64,000 nt of DNA, from assembly GCA_013265495.1 (NCBI GenBank), contig MU057487.1, forward strand, positions 930,001-994,000. The letters are read 5' to 3'. This document shows, one piece after another, positions 23,171 through 36,480 of the stretch; the first letter of the stretch is position 1, and every line of letters starts with the position of its first letter. The position numbers and the translations under genes were made by a program. Source of the stretch: Vicugna vicugna (Eukaryota). The notes under the pieces were generated by a model, which made no database searches, had not been told where the DNA came from, and saw only the letters and a program-made list of their open reading frames with translations.

Positions 23171-25044
23171 CAGACCATTAAATTTGGTCCATCTGTTTCG
23201 CCATATCCCATCTGTAAAGACTTTAATATGGAGGAAAATACTGTCCTCTGATAACACTCTTGGGAACATACAGCATAAACTCAGAGTATAATTCTACATT
23301 ATTTGAGTAGCTCCTTATTTTTAAAAAGTATATTTGTGTAAAGAGCATTCTATTAAAAGAATCACAGAATATTTCTCTACATTCTTGCAATTTGATTTTA
23401 GCCTTTAGATTTAAAAATGTTACTAAGATACATTATTTAAAGATCAAAGATATGAAGGCTGAAATACTCAGCATAGTTACTTTAGAATTTAGAGGTATTT
23501 AGATTTTTTTTTATAAAACTCTATGTTTGTTAAGTGTTCCTCAATAGCAATTTCACTGACGGTGTCTATGATGGCAATAGAGAGATATAATTAGATGCAA
23601 ATGGGTAAGTTTTTTAAGCAAATCTCCATTTCCTACAGTGGTATCCAAAGTTAAAAAAATCAAAGATTTTAATGAGACATATCAAAGGATGAAATAAAAT
23701 CCTTAAATTAGGAAACAAATGGCTCTAAATTATTTCTTCTTCCAAAATTGTACCTAAAAAAAGTGGTTGATAAGGTTGACAAATGCTATCACCATCTTGC
23801 AGAAGGCTGGATATCTTCCAGGTTTTCAGGCAATATGTTTTAGAGAAGGGAAAAGAAACCAGCAGATCTCTGACTTTTCTTGGGACTAGACTCAACAGAT
23901 TTTAAAAATCAGGTACACTCAGCTCCTTAGGTACAGGGAAACTGCTCTCAAGCTTTACTGAGTTGCTGGTTAATACACAGGAACTAAATTAGGTCTATGA
24001 TTTCAGGTGCCCTTTTTTAATGACTCATTTTTCTGTCAATGAAATTGACAACAGAGACCAGCTCAGTTCCTTTGCCCACCTCTGATCTGCCTGGTTGGGT
24101 CACGTGACATAGTCAAGTGTTGCCAGATATAGGCTGTTGCTCTCTATTGGTGTTTTCATAGAAATAAGATTAGAGAGATGGAGCCTGCACAAACCCAGGG
24201 AGGTTTTCAGCAGACATGAGGGATGGCATCAATCATTCACCAGAAGGTCTCACATAGGACATTTTCACTGATAGTGCAGACTTCGTGTATCTAAAGATGA
24301 AGTACGTTCCTTTTCTGGTAAAAGTCATCTCCTTTGGCACAGGGCTTCTTCACTGAACTCAGAGCCTCCTAAAAGATTCAGATAGTGTATCTCCCTTCCA
24401 TTCCTGAGACTAAAGAGGAATTTCTAAGATGAAAAAGGGAAGTCAGGTTTAACCATGAGTTGAAGTCACATAAAGAATTTGCAAAATGTGCTTATCACCA
24501 GGGAAAACCTCTAGTGATCCTTTTATAATCTTTTTCAAAGGGAAAAAGGAAAATTGAGAGCCCTCAGTTTTATTCTGAGGTTTTCCCTTATTGATGCCAA
24601 TCAAGTCATTTATTAGTTAATGTAACCAGACTGTACTCATGAATATTTTGACTTTTAAATATGGATAACAAAGGAACAGATATATAAGCTTGCCAAAGGA
24701 TACAGTGATATGCTAAATAAAAGTCACCTTGGTGATAATACACTCCTCCACTTTAGGAAGAAAAAAACGAAGAGGCTCAGAGAAAACTTTGAAAGGTAAA
24801 GTGCAAATGTGACAATTTATATCACCGAGATGTAAATTATGAATATATTTTAAGTGTTGTTAAATTTTTTAAAATTTTAATTAGTCTAATTAACAATTAA
24901 CTTAAAATACAGAGGTTAAGAATACTTTTTAAAATGACACTGGCTGTTCAAGAAGAGAAATAAAATAAGAAAAATGAAAAATAAAATACTGAAATAACAT
25001 TTTGCCTGGGTTAAGGGGGCAATGATTTTTTTTTAAGTTAAATA

Positions 25045-25600
25045 ACATGCTCATTGACCAGAGTGTGGGAAAATGGCATTCTCATTCTTTGTTGTTATGA
25101 ATACAAGTTGGTAAAAATTCTGTAGAAAATAATGTAGTTGAATCCATCAAACTTACAGAGGCACCTACTGTTTTACCCAGAAAGTTCCAATTTTAGGAAT
25201 TGATTCTATTGATATACCCTTACCTCATGCAAAATATCTTTGAACAAAGGTAGTAATTGAAGGTCTGCTAGAAATAAGAACAACAAAATCAGAAACAACT
25301 TAAATGGGCATCAGGAGAGGGTAATTAAATATCTATCTTTAACTCATGTACAATGAAATATTATATGGCATCTAATACAGTAAAGAAATGACTGTAAAAG
25401 CTCATATGGTACAAACATAATTGCAAACCAAAATGCAGAATAATGTGAAATATATAATTTTATTTGTGCATATATGCTCATCAGTGCGTCAATTAACTCT
25501 AGAGGTATACATAAGAAACTAACAAAAGTGGCTACGCATGATGATAAAAATGGTGGAAACTTTCATTTATATCATGCACAGATGTTACCTAGAGGAAAAA
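25045..25600 (+). mobile_element. Ancient L1ME-type ORF2 end / 3'UTR fragment
   Basis: 'gagtgtgggaaaatggcattctcat...ttacccagaaagttccaattttaggaatt...gaaacaacttaaatg'. Confidence 0.7.
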
Positions 25601-26902
25601 AACAAGGAGAAAAGATAATGAAATAATTCAAGAGAAATAAATAAAACAAAAATAATTTTCTGTGTACAATCAACTTAGCATGAGTAATAAGTGTTTACTA
25701 TGTGAAAAGCAATAGGTTTTTATTGGTAATTATTCTCTCCGTTTTTATAGGATTTTAGACTTTGAAAGCATTTTCTCAGAGTTGGTGCCAAAAGTTCTAT
25801 ATTCCAAAACTTGGACCCATGCTGACTCATTGCCTAACTGTAAGGAAGTTGTTTGATCTTTTTATACTTTTACATCTAACTCTTTGAACAATGATTATAA
25901 GATTTCTATCTTCCTTTCAAATCAAATATAATGTCAAAAAATAAACCACAGAATTGATTTTTTAACGAACATGCACCATAGTTCTAAAAATTGTTTCCTT
26001 AAGGTCCTTAGAAGATATTTTAATGTTAATCCTTTTAATTCAAAGAGTTATTTTCCTAGACCATTTCTTTCTCTTGTGTTTTCTCTGATTTGCATTCATA
26101 TAGTTTAGCTACTTCTGTTCCCATTTGAGTTTTTGTTGACAGGCTTCAAAAATAGCATTTATTTAGCTCCTTTTGCCAATGCAGTGAGTTATTTAACTTT
26201 TTAACCACTGCCAGTCTAATCCATGTGACTACAGTGTGCCTGCCCAGCCACTCCTGGGGTTACCTTGAACACTGTCTTCTTATAATCCCATCCTGTTTTC
26301 CTTTCAGATTCCCACCAAGCCAGATTCTCACTCAGACTGTTAGCTCTGCTAAGACTTGGAGCTGCTGTCAGCTCTGATTAGATTCTATTCCTCACTACAA
26401 GCCTATTATGGAATGTGCTTCCATAATAAAATTTAGTCTGAAATAGACTGTGTGCTAAAGGTCAAACTAAGATAGCCTTTGGCTTCCCCCTAGATTCTAA
26501 ATTGACTTTCTAGTTCATGAATCTCTTTTATATTTGTTTGCAGGATGGCCTAACCTTAGTGGAATAGAGTTCTGTTAACCCACCTATCTAGCGCCATTGT
26601 TTCTGGTGGCTTTACTCGGAATGGGTTGGATTCTGGGAGTCTAAAATCCTTGCTGCCCTAAAATTAGGTAGTCAGGATCATTGTATCTCCTTGCCAGAGC
26701 CTCCTCTGATACCTCTTCTCTTAATCATACATGCTGATGCCCTTCCCTTTGGTTAACGTACAGAGTTCTGTTCTTGGGTTGGTCCCTGATATACTTCTGT
26801 AACACTAGTACCATAAAGGGATGGGGCATCTCTTCAGGATATTGATTTACAAGAGAAAACTAAGACCCCAGTGAGTCCCCAGAGATTACAGTAGAAGTGA
26901 GT

Positions 26903-27260
26903 CTCAATTAACAGGCTTTTATTAAGCACCTATTATGTAGACTCAAATAGCATATAATGTGGCTGGGGAGATGAGTCATGGACTCACGAATAGGATATGG
27001 AAAGCAGTTCATGATGTGTGCCAAATAAATGGTACATATTTTCAAATATCATAGGAGTGTGTAATCAGATAGCAATCACCTCCAGCTGGGATAAGCTTGG
27101 AAGGCTTCTTGGACAATTTCAATTGAGTTTTCAAACATAGGAAGGATTCAGGCCATTGAAGTGATGAGATACTACCAACGAAGGAAAAGGCATAAACCAA
27201 AAACAAAGTATAAAATAGGTTTTGGGGACAGTGAGCACACACATCGCCTGGAATGGAGGT
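26903..27260 (-). mobile_element. L2 fragment
   Basis: 'ttttattaagcacctattatgt...ggaaggcttcttgga...gaaggaaaaggcataaaccaaa' matches the antisense L2 3' region. Confidence 0.6.
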
Positions 27261-28011
27261 GTTTTGGGTATGCAGGTCATAAGCCTTGTCATACTCAGAG
27301 ACCTCTTCTTTAGGAAGCTGCCCAGCCCATACGTAGCCTTCTGCTCGGAGAATAAGCCCCAGCACCACCACCCCTTCATTAATTGCACAGATGGATAATC
27401 AGTGGTTAAACTGCATTTGGGCAAGTGACTCAAAAGCAATCAAATCAATTACCACAATGGTGTCCTTGCATGTCAGCCTTTCTCCAGAAGAGATGATGGT
27501 GCTTAGCTCAGCTATTCATACCAACTGCCTTGGAATTTGAAGACTGGTCACATACATGATAGCAAAGGGAAACAAAGACAACGTGACAGGGAGATGATCC
27601 CTCATCCACTCTCCTTGTACCTTTTTTTAAAAACATGTTTTTTATTGAGATATAGTCCATGTACACTCTTCTTATATCTTGAGTCTCTCTTTGCATCCAC
27701 AAGAAGCTACAGACCCCAGGGTATCCATATATGAGATGGGGAGATGAAGGGTTATGGGGCAGGGCCCTGAAGTTAGGCTCTTACCCATTTCCTTAGAATT
27801 TGCAGAAAGATCTACAATGCCTCAGTTTCCCTCCCTCCATGGCTAGAGAAAATGTGAAAGTGGGCTAACGTGAAGGGAAGATGGAGGTAGGACAGAAGAC
27901 TTGCTATCTTTCAACATATGAAGCTTCTTTCCAAGTTTACAAATTGCAGGATTTAACTTATTCATGAATAGTGTTACCTGGAGGTACACATATCTCCATC
28001 TTCACTTAGAC

Positions 28012-28270
28012 AGTATAGAATAGGGGCCAGAGCCCCCAGATCTGGTGCCTGAGTGTTTGGAATTGAATCCCACCTTCCCTGCTATTAGCTACATAACCAA
28101 GGGCAAGTTATTTTGTTTCTCTGTACCTCAGTTTCTACATTGAAAAACAATGAGGAGGATGACAATAATTATATCTGCCTCATCGGGTTTTTTGTTATAA
28201 GAATTAAATAAAGTGCATGGTGCATAGTAAGAACTATAAAAACACTGTAAAATAAACTTAGCATATTTTT
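28012..28270 (+). mobile_element. MIR SINE, near full length
   Basis: 'ttgaatcccacc...tattagctacataaccaagggcaagttatt...ctctgtacctcagtttct...gcatagtaag'. Confidence 0.85.
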
Positions 28271-29489
28271 ATTTTCAAAGATTCTATGTAAGTACAGTGG
28301 GTACTGGATGTCCCCTCAGCCTCGGCTCCTAAGGACTTAGGTAAAATACTTGGAGTCATTTTCATAGTGAATATAGTATATGATGGCACCAGGAGTCCTT
28401 TTGGGATACTGTCCCAGTCGAATATATAAAAAGATCAATTAAAAAACGGCATCCTAGAATTTCGTTCTTCCCACAACACTGGGCAGCAGGGAGAGAAAAC
28501 TATGGGAACTTGTGTCAAGAGCGGGAGCCCCACAGAGGGACAGCAGCTCCAGGGAGTCACAGCAGCCTCTGCGCCTTCGCTGTGCACCTATACGCATGGC
28601 TGTGCCACGTGGCATGTTTGAGTTAAGGGAGAACATTGCAGGGGATTCAATTCCTTCTTCAAAAGGAGAGTGCAAGGGCCAGCCATACAGAGAAGACATT
28701 GAAGAGGCATTTTTAAAATCACTTGTAATTTGAAATTCTCTAAAAAAAAAAAATACTAAGAAGAAAAAAAGCAATACCTAAAACGCCTGCCTCAGCAAGC
28801 TGACAATCACTGCCTTGGCACTGACTCTGTCCCCGTACCGGGAGCCCGCAGCAGGACACTTGGAGCCCTGCAGCTCTGAGATGGAGAGAAGGTTCTTTCA
28901 CAGCAGCTCTGGGGAGCAAGAGGCCTAGGGAGCAGAAGCCAGTGATCGGCAGTCTTCTGGTAGTGGCAGGGAGCAACAAGACAAAGGTCGTATATGCACC
29001 GGTTTTTAATGCTAATCTGGTTTCCGGTCTCATCTAGCACACTTGCGTCTCACATAGGTCTGTCTTTCTTTCCAGGCTCCCGGGGGAATCCTTCCTTTGT
29101 TCCCACACACCTAAGGCCTGGTGAAGCCTTACTTCTTGAACGTATGCCCATCTGCACTCTCAACACATCCAGCGTCTCATTTTAACACAGCTGATCAAAG
29201 CAAGATCTTTATTTCCTTGAATCTGCTCTATCTTAAAAACCTCCTTCCTCTTCTGGTTTCAATTGTCTGCAGTCTATTCAAAATACTTGAAAAGACTTCA
29301 TCTTCCCAAGCATCACTTTATCACAGTATTTTCTTTCTTAGAATCCTAGAGTTGTTCTTTATTGTTTCCTGAATCCTATTAAAATCTAAGACTATGGGCT
29401 TTATTGCCTTCCAACGACTGGACCTCCCACTTTTCCACATTTCATTCCAACCTGACTGCCTTATTTCCTGTTATTTTACCACTCTGCTA

Positions 29490-29501
29490 CCAGCAGAGGG
29501 C
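29490..29501 (+). promoter_or_regulatory. CTCF-like motif
   Basis: CCAGCAGAGGGC matches the CCASYAGRKGGC core; motif match only. Confidence 0.4.
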
Positions 29502-30929
29502 CTCTCACACCCAGTCACACATGTGACATCTTCCATTTGAATACCATTGCACCACTCCTTACCCAGCCATATCTTTAAAAATCTTCAGTCTGATGGCTTT
29601 CACTCAAAACTTGCTTATAGTTAGTTTTCCCAAATAGCACATAATTTTTCTTCTTTCTTCCTCACTCCCTGAGAATTCCACCATTACAAACACAGGGGAT
29701 GATGAAGAAGACGATGATGATGGTAACTTTCATGAACAAAATAATACTAACAGCCATGATAGATGGATAGAACACTAACAGCCATGGATAGAATTTTGTA
29801 GTTGCCATAGCAATTCACAGAATCTTACTTTGTTGTTGTTACTGTCATAATTACTATTTAGTTAGCAGAAATTTTTTTCCAACTCTTTTCTTCTGCACAT
29901 CATTCATTCTATATTTCACATAGTGCTTCGTATACGTGGGGTAAAAGAAAGCTGAAAGGATAGACTGAGTTCTCATTGCATGGTTTTAGAAAATAATTTC
30001 CCCATGAGGCCTCCTGTTTTCTCGCATTACAAGTTGGGATAATAAATAATTTGCCACTCTCTTCCCTCTATCAGCAGAGCTTTGAGGATTAATGGTAGAA
30101 TTATGAAAAGGACTCATTTCACCAAGTCACCAAGAAAAGAAGTGGAATTCAAGAGAATCGTGGCCCAAAGGGGCACACAGACCAGCATATTCCCCCATCT
30201 CTGTCCCATGTCCATTCCAGCTTACGGGTATGACGTAGGCACAGTGAAAGAAAAGCTATCCCAGGACCCTTGATTTTTCATCCTAAAAATCAAGACACAT
30301 ACTGGTCACTAGTTAAGTTTACCAGAAGGTTTGGCAGAAATATCCTTCAATGGCATACAATTAACTGCACATAATTCAGGGCCCTGAGGCGAATTCCAAA
30401 TAAAGGTTCATCATTTCCACAGGCATTAACACCTATTGCCTCAGGGAGAAAAACTCTAAGAAAAGATCATCTTGGTTTTGCATTACTAAATCAGCACTCT
30501 GAAATAAAACATTTGCTCTATTTCAGTATTTACTGAGAAATGTTTATATTCTGGGTATTTTTTTTCTAAACTACTGATTTCTGCCCCTTAATTCTGCAAA
30601 ATATTTAACATGCAACACCACAGGCTGCCCCTTTTGGAGAACAGAACAGCCCTGCAGAGCTGCCAGTTACCACCACTCAGGGCACTTTTATAGCACTCTA
30701 CCTTTACGCTTCAGGCTTTTTCAGAAACAACTTTTTATTTTGGGGCAATGAAACAAGAACCAAGGTATATTTAAATAACCATAGTGAGGGCTTATCATGA
30801 TTAGGGGAAAGTGAACAAATCTAAGAGGAAAAAGGAAGAAAAAGGAAAAGGTAATCAACACAAAATGAGCACAGACATGGTGCCTGACGTGATGCTAAGT
30901 ATTTTCCTTTAAGTTATTCACACAGTTAA

Positions 30930-31310
30930 CATTTTATTTTGAAAAATGTAAAAGAATAGTACAATAAACACATATGCTCTTCACTTGGTTAACATTTTGC
31001 CCCATTTTCACACTATATCTACATAAGAAATATAATAGATTTATATATAGAGAGAAAGATATATGTGTATATATACAGATGTATTTATATAGACAGAAAG
31101 AGAGACAGAGATTCATATATTTACAAGAGACACACACATATTACCTGTGTGCATATTTATGTATATATATGGCATATGTGTGCATATATGTGGTACCTTT
31201 TAAAGTAAGTTGCAGACATCATGACACTTCACCTCTAAATACTTCAGCATGCATCTCTCAAAACCAAGGATGCTCTTCCACAAAATCTCTGTACCATTAC
31301 CCATATTAAG
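30930..31310 (-). mobile_element. L1MB/L1MC-type 3' end with internal TA/GA low-complexity tract
   Basis: 'aagtaagttgcagacatcatgacacttcacctctaaatacttcagcatgcatctc' is a hallmark of old L1 3'UTRs. Confidence 0.8.
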
Positions 31311-33149
31311 TTTGATCTCTGGCATATGTCTCAACTACAAGATTACTTGTAACTTCTTAACCTTAAAGACATATTTTTCCTTACAATTCAAATGCAATAT
31401 GGGGGGGAAGGGATACTTCCATTGAGAATATCCCTTCCTTCAACAATGTTTTATCTAGCTATTTTAAGTATCAACTGGTGATCTCGAATTATAAAGATAC
31501 TACTCCAATTTTACCAAAGACGACACCAAGTTTTGCAGTCTAGAATAACTAGCTGGCATACAGATGAGCCAGGCTTCAAACCTCATCAGGACCATAGACT
31601 CATAACCAACTGCCACTGGGGTCATGCTGCCATCAAGATCTTGATAAAATCGGCCCTAATTCCTATATCACCACCCAGAGGAAATCTATTGCTTTTTTTT
31701 AAGATTCCTGTAACTTCTTCTGGGGCTTATATTCTCAGGGATACTCCTGGGTCCAGCTTCCTGGGCCTGATGTATCAGTATCTCCTGTTCCACATAAACC
31801 CAAATGCTGGGCCTACTTTCAGCTTCTTTCCTGATTTCTCTATGTAAAAGTATGAGTGGGTAGCAGACTTCACTGTAGGATTGAAGAGATGTTAAAGGAA
31901 AGGAAAAGATTTTCTTTGTCTCTTCACCAAAAACCTAGAATTGAAGATTAGACATTTCTATCCTACACCTCATTGTCTCGCCTCCAGGTCCTCAGCGTCA
32001 TCCACCCCAGCTTTTGTCTTCTTCCTGTTGTGAACACAAAGATTAACTTCCTCTCATATTTCTATGGAAAATAATCCAGCACTTCCCTTACAGTAAACTC
32101 TGCTATTCCTGCTCCCCCCTCCCCCGTCTTCTGGTGTGTATCTAGACTCAGCCAAAGCTTTAAATTACACCTGATCAAAATGTGACTAAGCTTTCAGCTT
32201 CCAATTCCCCCTAAGTCATTCTAAGGAGGCCTGGAGGAGGCAGAAAGAGTAAAATTCTTGTTACACGATCTCTTAGGAAAATCAACCAATTGACTTAAGG
32301 CCTTAAAATAAAGTCACAGCCTAGCTTATGTGTCTCTGAGTTTTCATGGGGATAAAACACGAACTGGAATGGGCCGCCAGTCGATTCAACTACCCATCTC
32401 TCCTCCCCTCCCGCTTCTCATATCTCTATTTTTCCCAACCATCATCTGCTTCCTAGCATTGAAAGAGTTTTCTGCTCTGTGGTCAGGCCTGTGCCAGAGT
32501 TAATAAAAGTTTCGTCACTGCTGTGCCTCTCTGGTGGCACCATCTCAAGAGAAACAACTCAGACAAGAACTGTTCCAAAAAGGAAAAAGGAGACAAGCCA
32601 AGGAGAATTCAGCTAAATGTAAGGCACTCGTTTTTGAAGATCTCTCCTCTGCCAGGATCAAGGTGAACTATTTCTGTCCCCTCAGTGACCCTCCTCTTCC
32701 AACCATTGTTAAGATTTCTTGTGGACAGCCCTGCTTCGTTTTTATGTATGTCTAACTTCCAGAAAGTATGTGGACTGAAAAGAAATGGCAGAAAAAGCAT
32801 GGTGACAACGTCCAAGGTCATCCAGAGGGATGACTTTGAAAGACTGAGAAGATATAAGAAAGTGTCAGTAGCTTTTTTTGAAGGAGAACTTCAGAAAAGG
32901 AAGTCAGAATAGGCAGAGATAGCGCAGAGCTGGGGAGATGCTGGTTTGCTGCTGTTCACAAAATTGAAATGGATCTAGGGAACCATATGTAAGCCCTTTT
33001 TTTTCCTTAAGGAAGGTCTTAGTTTCCTTCTAGGAGTAGAAAATAAAACAAATTATGAACATTTTTCAAAAAGCTTCAAGAGAATCTATTAGCCTGATAA
33101 AAAGATACAATTTCTTTTATACATTTAATTATCAAATTATAATTGCTCT

Positions 33150-33760
33150 GAAATAATAAATAGTAGTTCACTATTTTTAATTTTTATTTACATATCTTTT
33201 TATTGAATATAGTCAGTTTTTAATGTAGTGTCGATTTCTGGTGTACAGCATAATGCTTCGGTCATACATGAACATACATATATTCATTTTCATATTCTTT
33301 TTCATCATAAGTTACACAAGATATTCAAGTTATTGAATATAGTTCCCTGTGCATATACAGTATGAACTTGTTGTTTATCTTTTTATATATATATATATCT
33401 TAGTTAGTACCTGCAAATCTCGAGCTCCCAATTTATCCTTTCCCACCCCTATACCCCACTGGCAACTGTAAGTTTGTTTTCTATGTCTGTGAGTCTGTTT
33501 CTTTTTTGTAAATAAGTCATTTTGTCTTTTTTTTTAAGATTCCACATATAGGTATTTGTAAATAAGTTCATTTGTATTTTTTTTTAGATTCTACTTATGG
33601 TATTTTTTTCTCTCACCATTTTTTAATGCTTAGGTATGAGCTAAGCATGATTTAAGTGCCTCAATTGGAATGCTCCCATTTTATAGATGAGGAAACTAAA
33701 ACTTAAACAAAACAATTGGCTCAAGTTTCCAAACTTACATAATTAGTAAATGGTGAAACC
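33150..33760 (-). mobile_element. MIR split by an L1 insertion
   Basis: 'aataataaatagtag' left of the L1; 'cccattttatagatgaggaaact...ggctcaag' right of it. Confidence 0.6.
33182..33612 (-). mobile_element. L1 3'UTR (cetartiodactyl/camelid-type), 5'-truncated, imperfect TSD
   Basis: Antisense homologue of 13300-13670; flanked by tcactatttttaat (33168-33181) and tcaccattttttaat (33613-33627). Confidence 0.88.
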
Positions 33761-35904
33761 ATGAAAACTACCACAACCTACTTGAGACCCTATATTTTGA
33801 AGCTGGATTAGCCAATACAGGAAGACGCCAAAAGACTGATTTGAGTCCATAGAGGATCAAGAGTTACACAATCTTAATATCCTAGCTACGGCTCTCGCAG
33901 AGCCTCCAAAATCAACCACTTCTGGTTAATTCCACTTTTAGGCACGCCAAATAAAAACGTCCAAAAAAAGGTCAAGAAATGTGGAATTTTAAATAAGAAG
34001 AGAGAACTCTAAGGACAGCAAAGTGCAGCTGCCTCTGTCTCCCTAGAGGGAAGGACGTGAGGAACTCTTTGGTGCTGTCCATAGGTAGCAGAGTCTACAT
34101 TGTAACTGGAGCGTTAAAGCAGAAATGCATATGGGGCTCTTAGGTGTTTCCAGATCCCTGCTTCATTTAAGCCTTCTAGGGTAAGTAAACACCAGTAACA
34201 CTTTCCAATCAAACGGGCAAACATTTTACCTTTCTGTTTGCTCACAGTCAACAGTTTGTCTTGATATTTCTGCTGGATCAGCGTTGAGAAATGGGACCCT
34301 GGAGAATCAAAGCCTTTCACCTTGCATTAATTCCTCTGCCTGCCCAGTAACAGAAATAACACTGCACTGCTCAGAGCCCTGCTGCAGATAAATTAGCCAA
34401 TGTCAACAGAGGATAACGAAGATTAAAATGGTGCAGGTCCTGTTGTCGTGAATAATGAACACATTAGCTATACATCGTTATCCCAAACATGCGTATTAAA
34501 GCTGATCGGCTACAAATCCCGTGACATTTTACTAGATGACGGTTCAATTTAAAAGGAGGCCCTTTGGAAAAATGGTCTCCTAGATTTATATAAGATTTTA
34601 AAATAATTTTCATATTTCAAACCATTAACTGTTTATTTAGGATCCCACTTTACATGGTCACTCATTATCTACCAGGTCATTCTGAACTTTCCACAAAAGG
34701 ATTTCAAATAGCACCAATTTTTTTTTTCAACCTAGTCAGTAATGAACCTTTCCTCTTGAAAATTTTTATAGAAAATTAGGAAGCATATTGAGAAAAAAAT
34801 AAATAGACCTGATTTATGGAGATCCACCCACTTCAGACCTCCTGAATGTTCCCGCCACTGCCATCACCCCGGCACTGGCAGGACCCACCTGATGTGCTTT
34901 TCCCTCCCAGCCAAGCCCCACCGTCTGCTTTCCTGTCCAGGTAACTGCCTAACCCACCCCATCTTAAATGCCTGGATTCACAATGAATCTTTTAAATTTT
35001 GCTTTGTGGTTTAATGTGATCAGTCAGTCGATCTATGCTCGTGAATTCTAGAGTAACTACACCTGAGTAACATCGTCTCCTTTTTACCTGGGCCCTCCTT
35101 ATCACATGATGTTTGTTCTCGAATGTCTGTGTACATATCAGATGGTTGGCGCTGTGACTGTCTTAGTATTTACTGACTCTGTGGACCCCTCAATCCTCAC
35201 CACTCTGGGGCATCCTCTGTGCTCACCTCAAACCCTCCCCTTCAGGCTTCTCTGCCCCTTTATTTATTGTGCAAACTGTAAATCTATTGTGGCATGTCCC
35301 TTGGCGCTCTCACTGGATGAGCTGTTTTGCTAGAACAGTTTTTAAACGAATCTGCTCTCTGTGGCTGCTAGTTGGGAATTTTATCATTCTGAGAGACAGA
35401 GCCACAAAGGAGAGAGAGAGAGCGCATGAGAAACAGAAGCTCCAATGACTCATTTCGGAACAGAATCCTAAAATAAGCTAGCTTTCCAAATGTGCATAAA
35501 ATTTTGACTGCATCTGTATGTCCAGCACGCAGCAGCGAGTTGCACATTCTGCTTATCTCTGGTACAATGAGGCAGATTAAAACTGCCTTCCAGAGCTTGC
35601 CCCCACCCTGCAATAATATTGACAGTGCCAGCGTGGTGTGGCGGGCAGGTCCTTGTGGAGAAGGAGAGAGAATGTCTATGGAAGACAAACACTGGGGGAT
35701 CTGCCCCTGAGGCCCTGTTGCTGGCCATTTGTTAAATACAGGGCTGAGTTTGAGGCATCTGAGATGAAGATGAGGGAAAATGGGTGGCAATTATTCATAT
35801 GGAATTCATGGAGGAACAAAAAAATATCCTAAAGAAAGTCTTTAGTTTAAAAGGATAATTTGGAAAGGATGTTTCTTCATCCCAGTGTTAAATGAGCTTC
35901 TCAA

Positions 35905-36055
35905 AATACTTAACTTGGACTCCACGGACACCCTAAGGGTTCCTGGGAGTATTCTGCAATTAGATGCAGAATGACGTGGTGTGTGTATTAGGGGCAGAGA
36001 ATATTTCAGGAATAGAACTCAGAGTAGTTCATGACCTCAAAACATTTATAAACTT
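35905..36055. mobile_element. Possible hAT-Charlie MITE relic
   Basis: 'cttaacttggactccacgga...aattagatgcagaat...agttcatgacctcaaaacatttataaac' resembles ancient Charlie-family MITEs. Confidence 0.4.
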
Positions 36056-36384
36056 GAATTAAAAATTGCAAATCTTTAAGTTAAATTAAAATATCATGCA
36101 ATAAAATCTGCAGAAATACTGGCTAAAGAGGCAAAAAAAAATTGTAAACTAAAAAAGACCGAAAAAGAGACACTCCGAATGACTATTTGGAAATAATGCA
36201 CCCAGGCACTGATTTATAGAGGTATGGTATATGATGACCACAGTAAAAGAACGATACTATTTCCTTATTGTTGTTATTATTATACTATTTATCTCACATT
36301 TTCTTATGCACAAACCCAGTGAAAGTGAGGTGCCTCACGGAAGACAGAAGTTAAGTAATAGGATTAACAGTGCTCTGAGATTCC

Positions 36385-36480
36385 AGGGAGTCACCTAAAC
36401 CATTTAAGCCTCTTCTTTCAACTCCAAAATAAGGATTAGATCTGATGATACTTCAAGGGAACCTTCAACTCTAAACTTCT
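36385..36480 (+). mobile_element. MIR3-like fragment
   Basis: 'agtcacctaaacc...gatgatacttcaagggaaccttcaactctaaacttct'. Confidence 0.5.

Noticed and set aside
25751..25839. Exon-like unit (tttttatag|...|gtaagg) open as ILDFESIFSELVPKVLYSKTWTHADSLPN
   Set aside because: Overlaps MIR-like decayed sequence, weak exonic donor context (ACT|gt), unrecognised peptide and no partner exons.
30974..31309. 111-aa ORF rich in Y/I/C
   Set aside because: Reads through a TA/GA low-complexity tract within an old L1 3'UTR.
34230..34298. 69-nt minus-strand exon-like unit
   Set aside because: Short pyrimidine tract, modest donor (gtaaaa), no recognisable peptide; it hits a stop when joined to the other candidates.
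35368..35790. Longest ORF in the track (140 aa, - strand)
   Set aside because: Non-ATG start, no homology I recognise, and a length attainable by chance in 64 kb.
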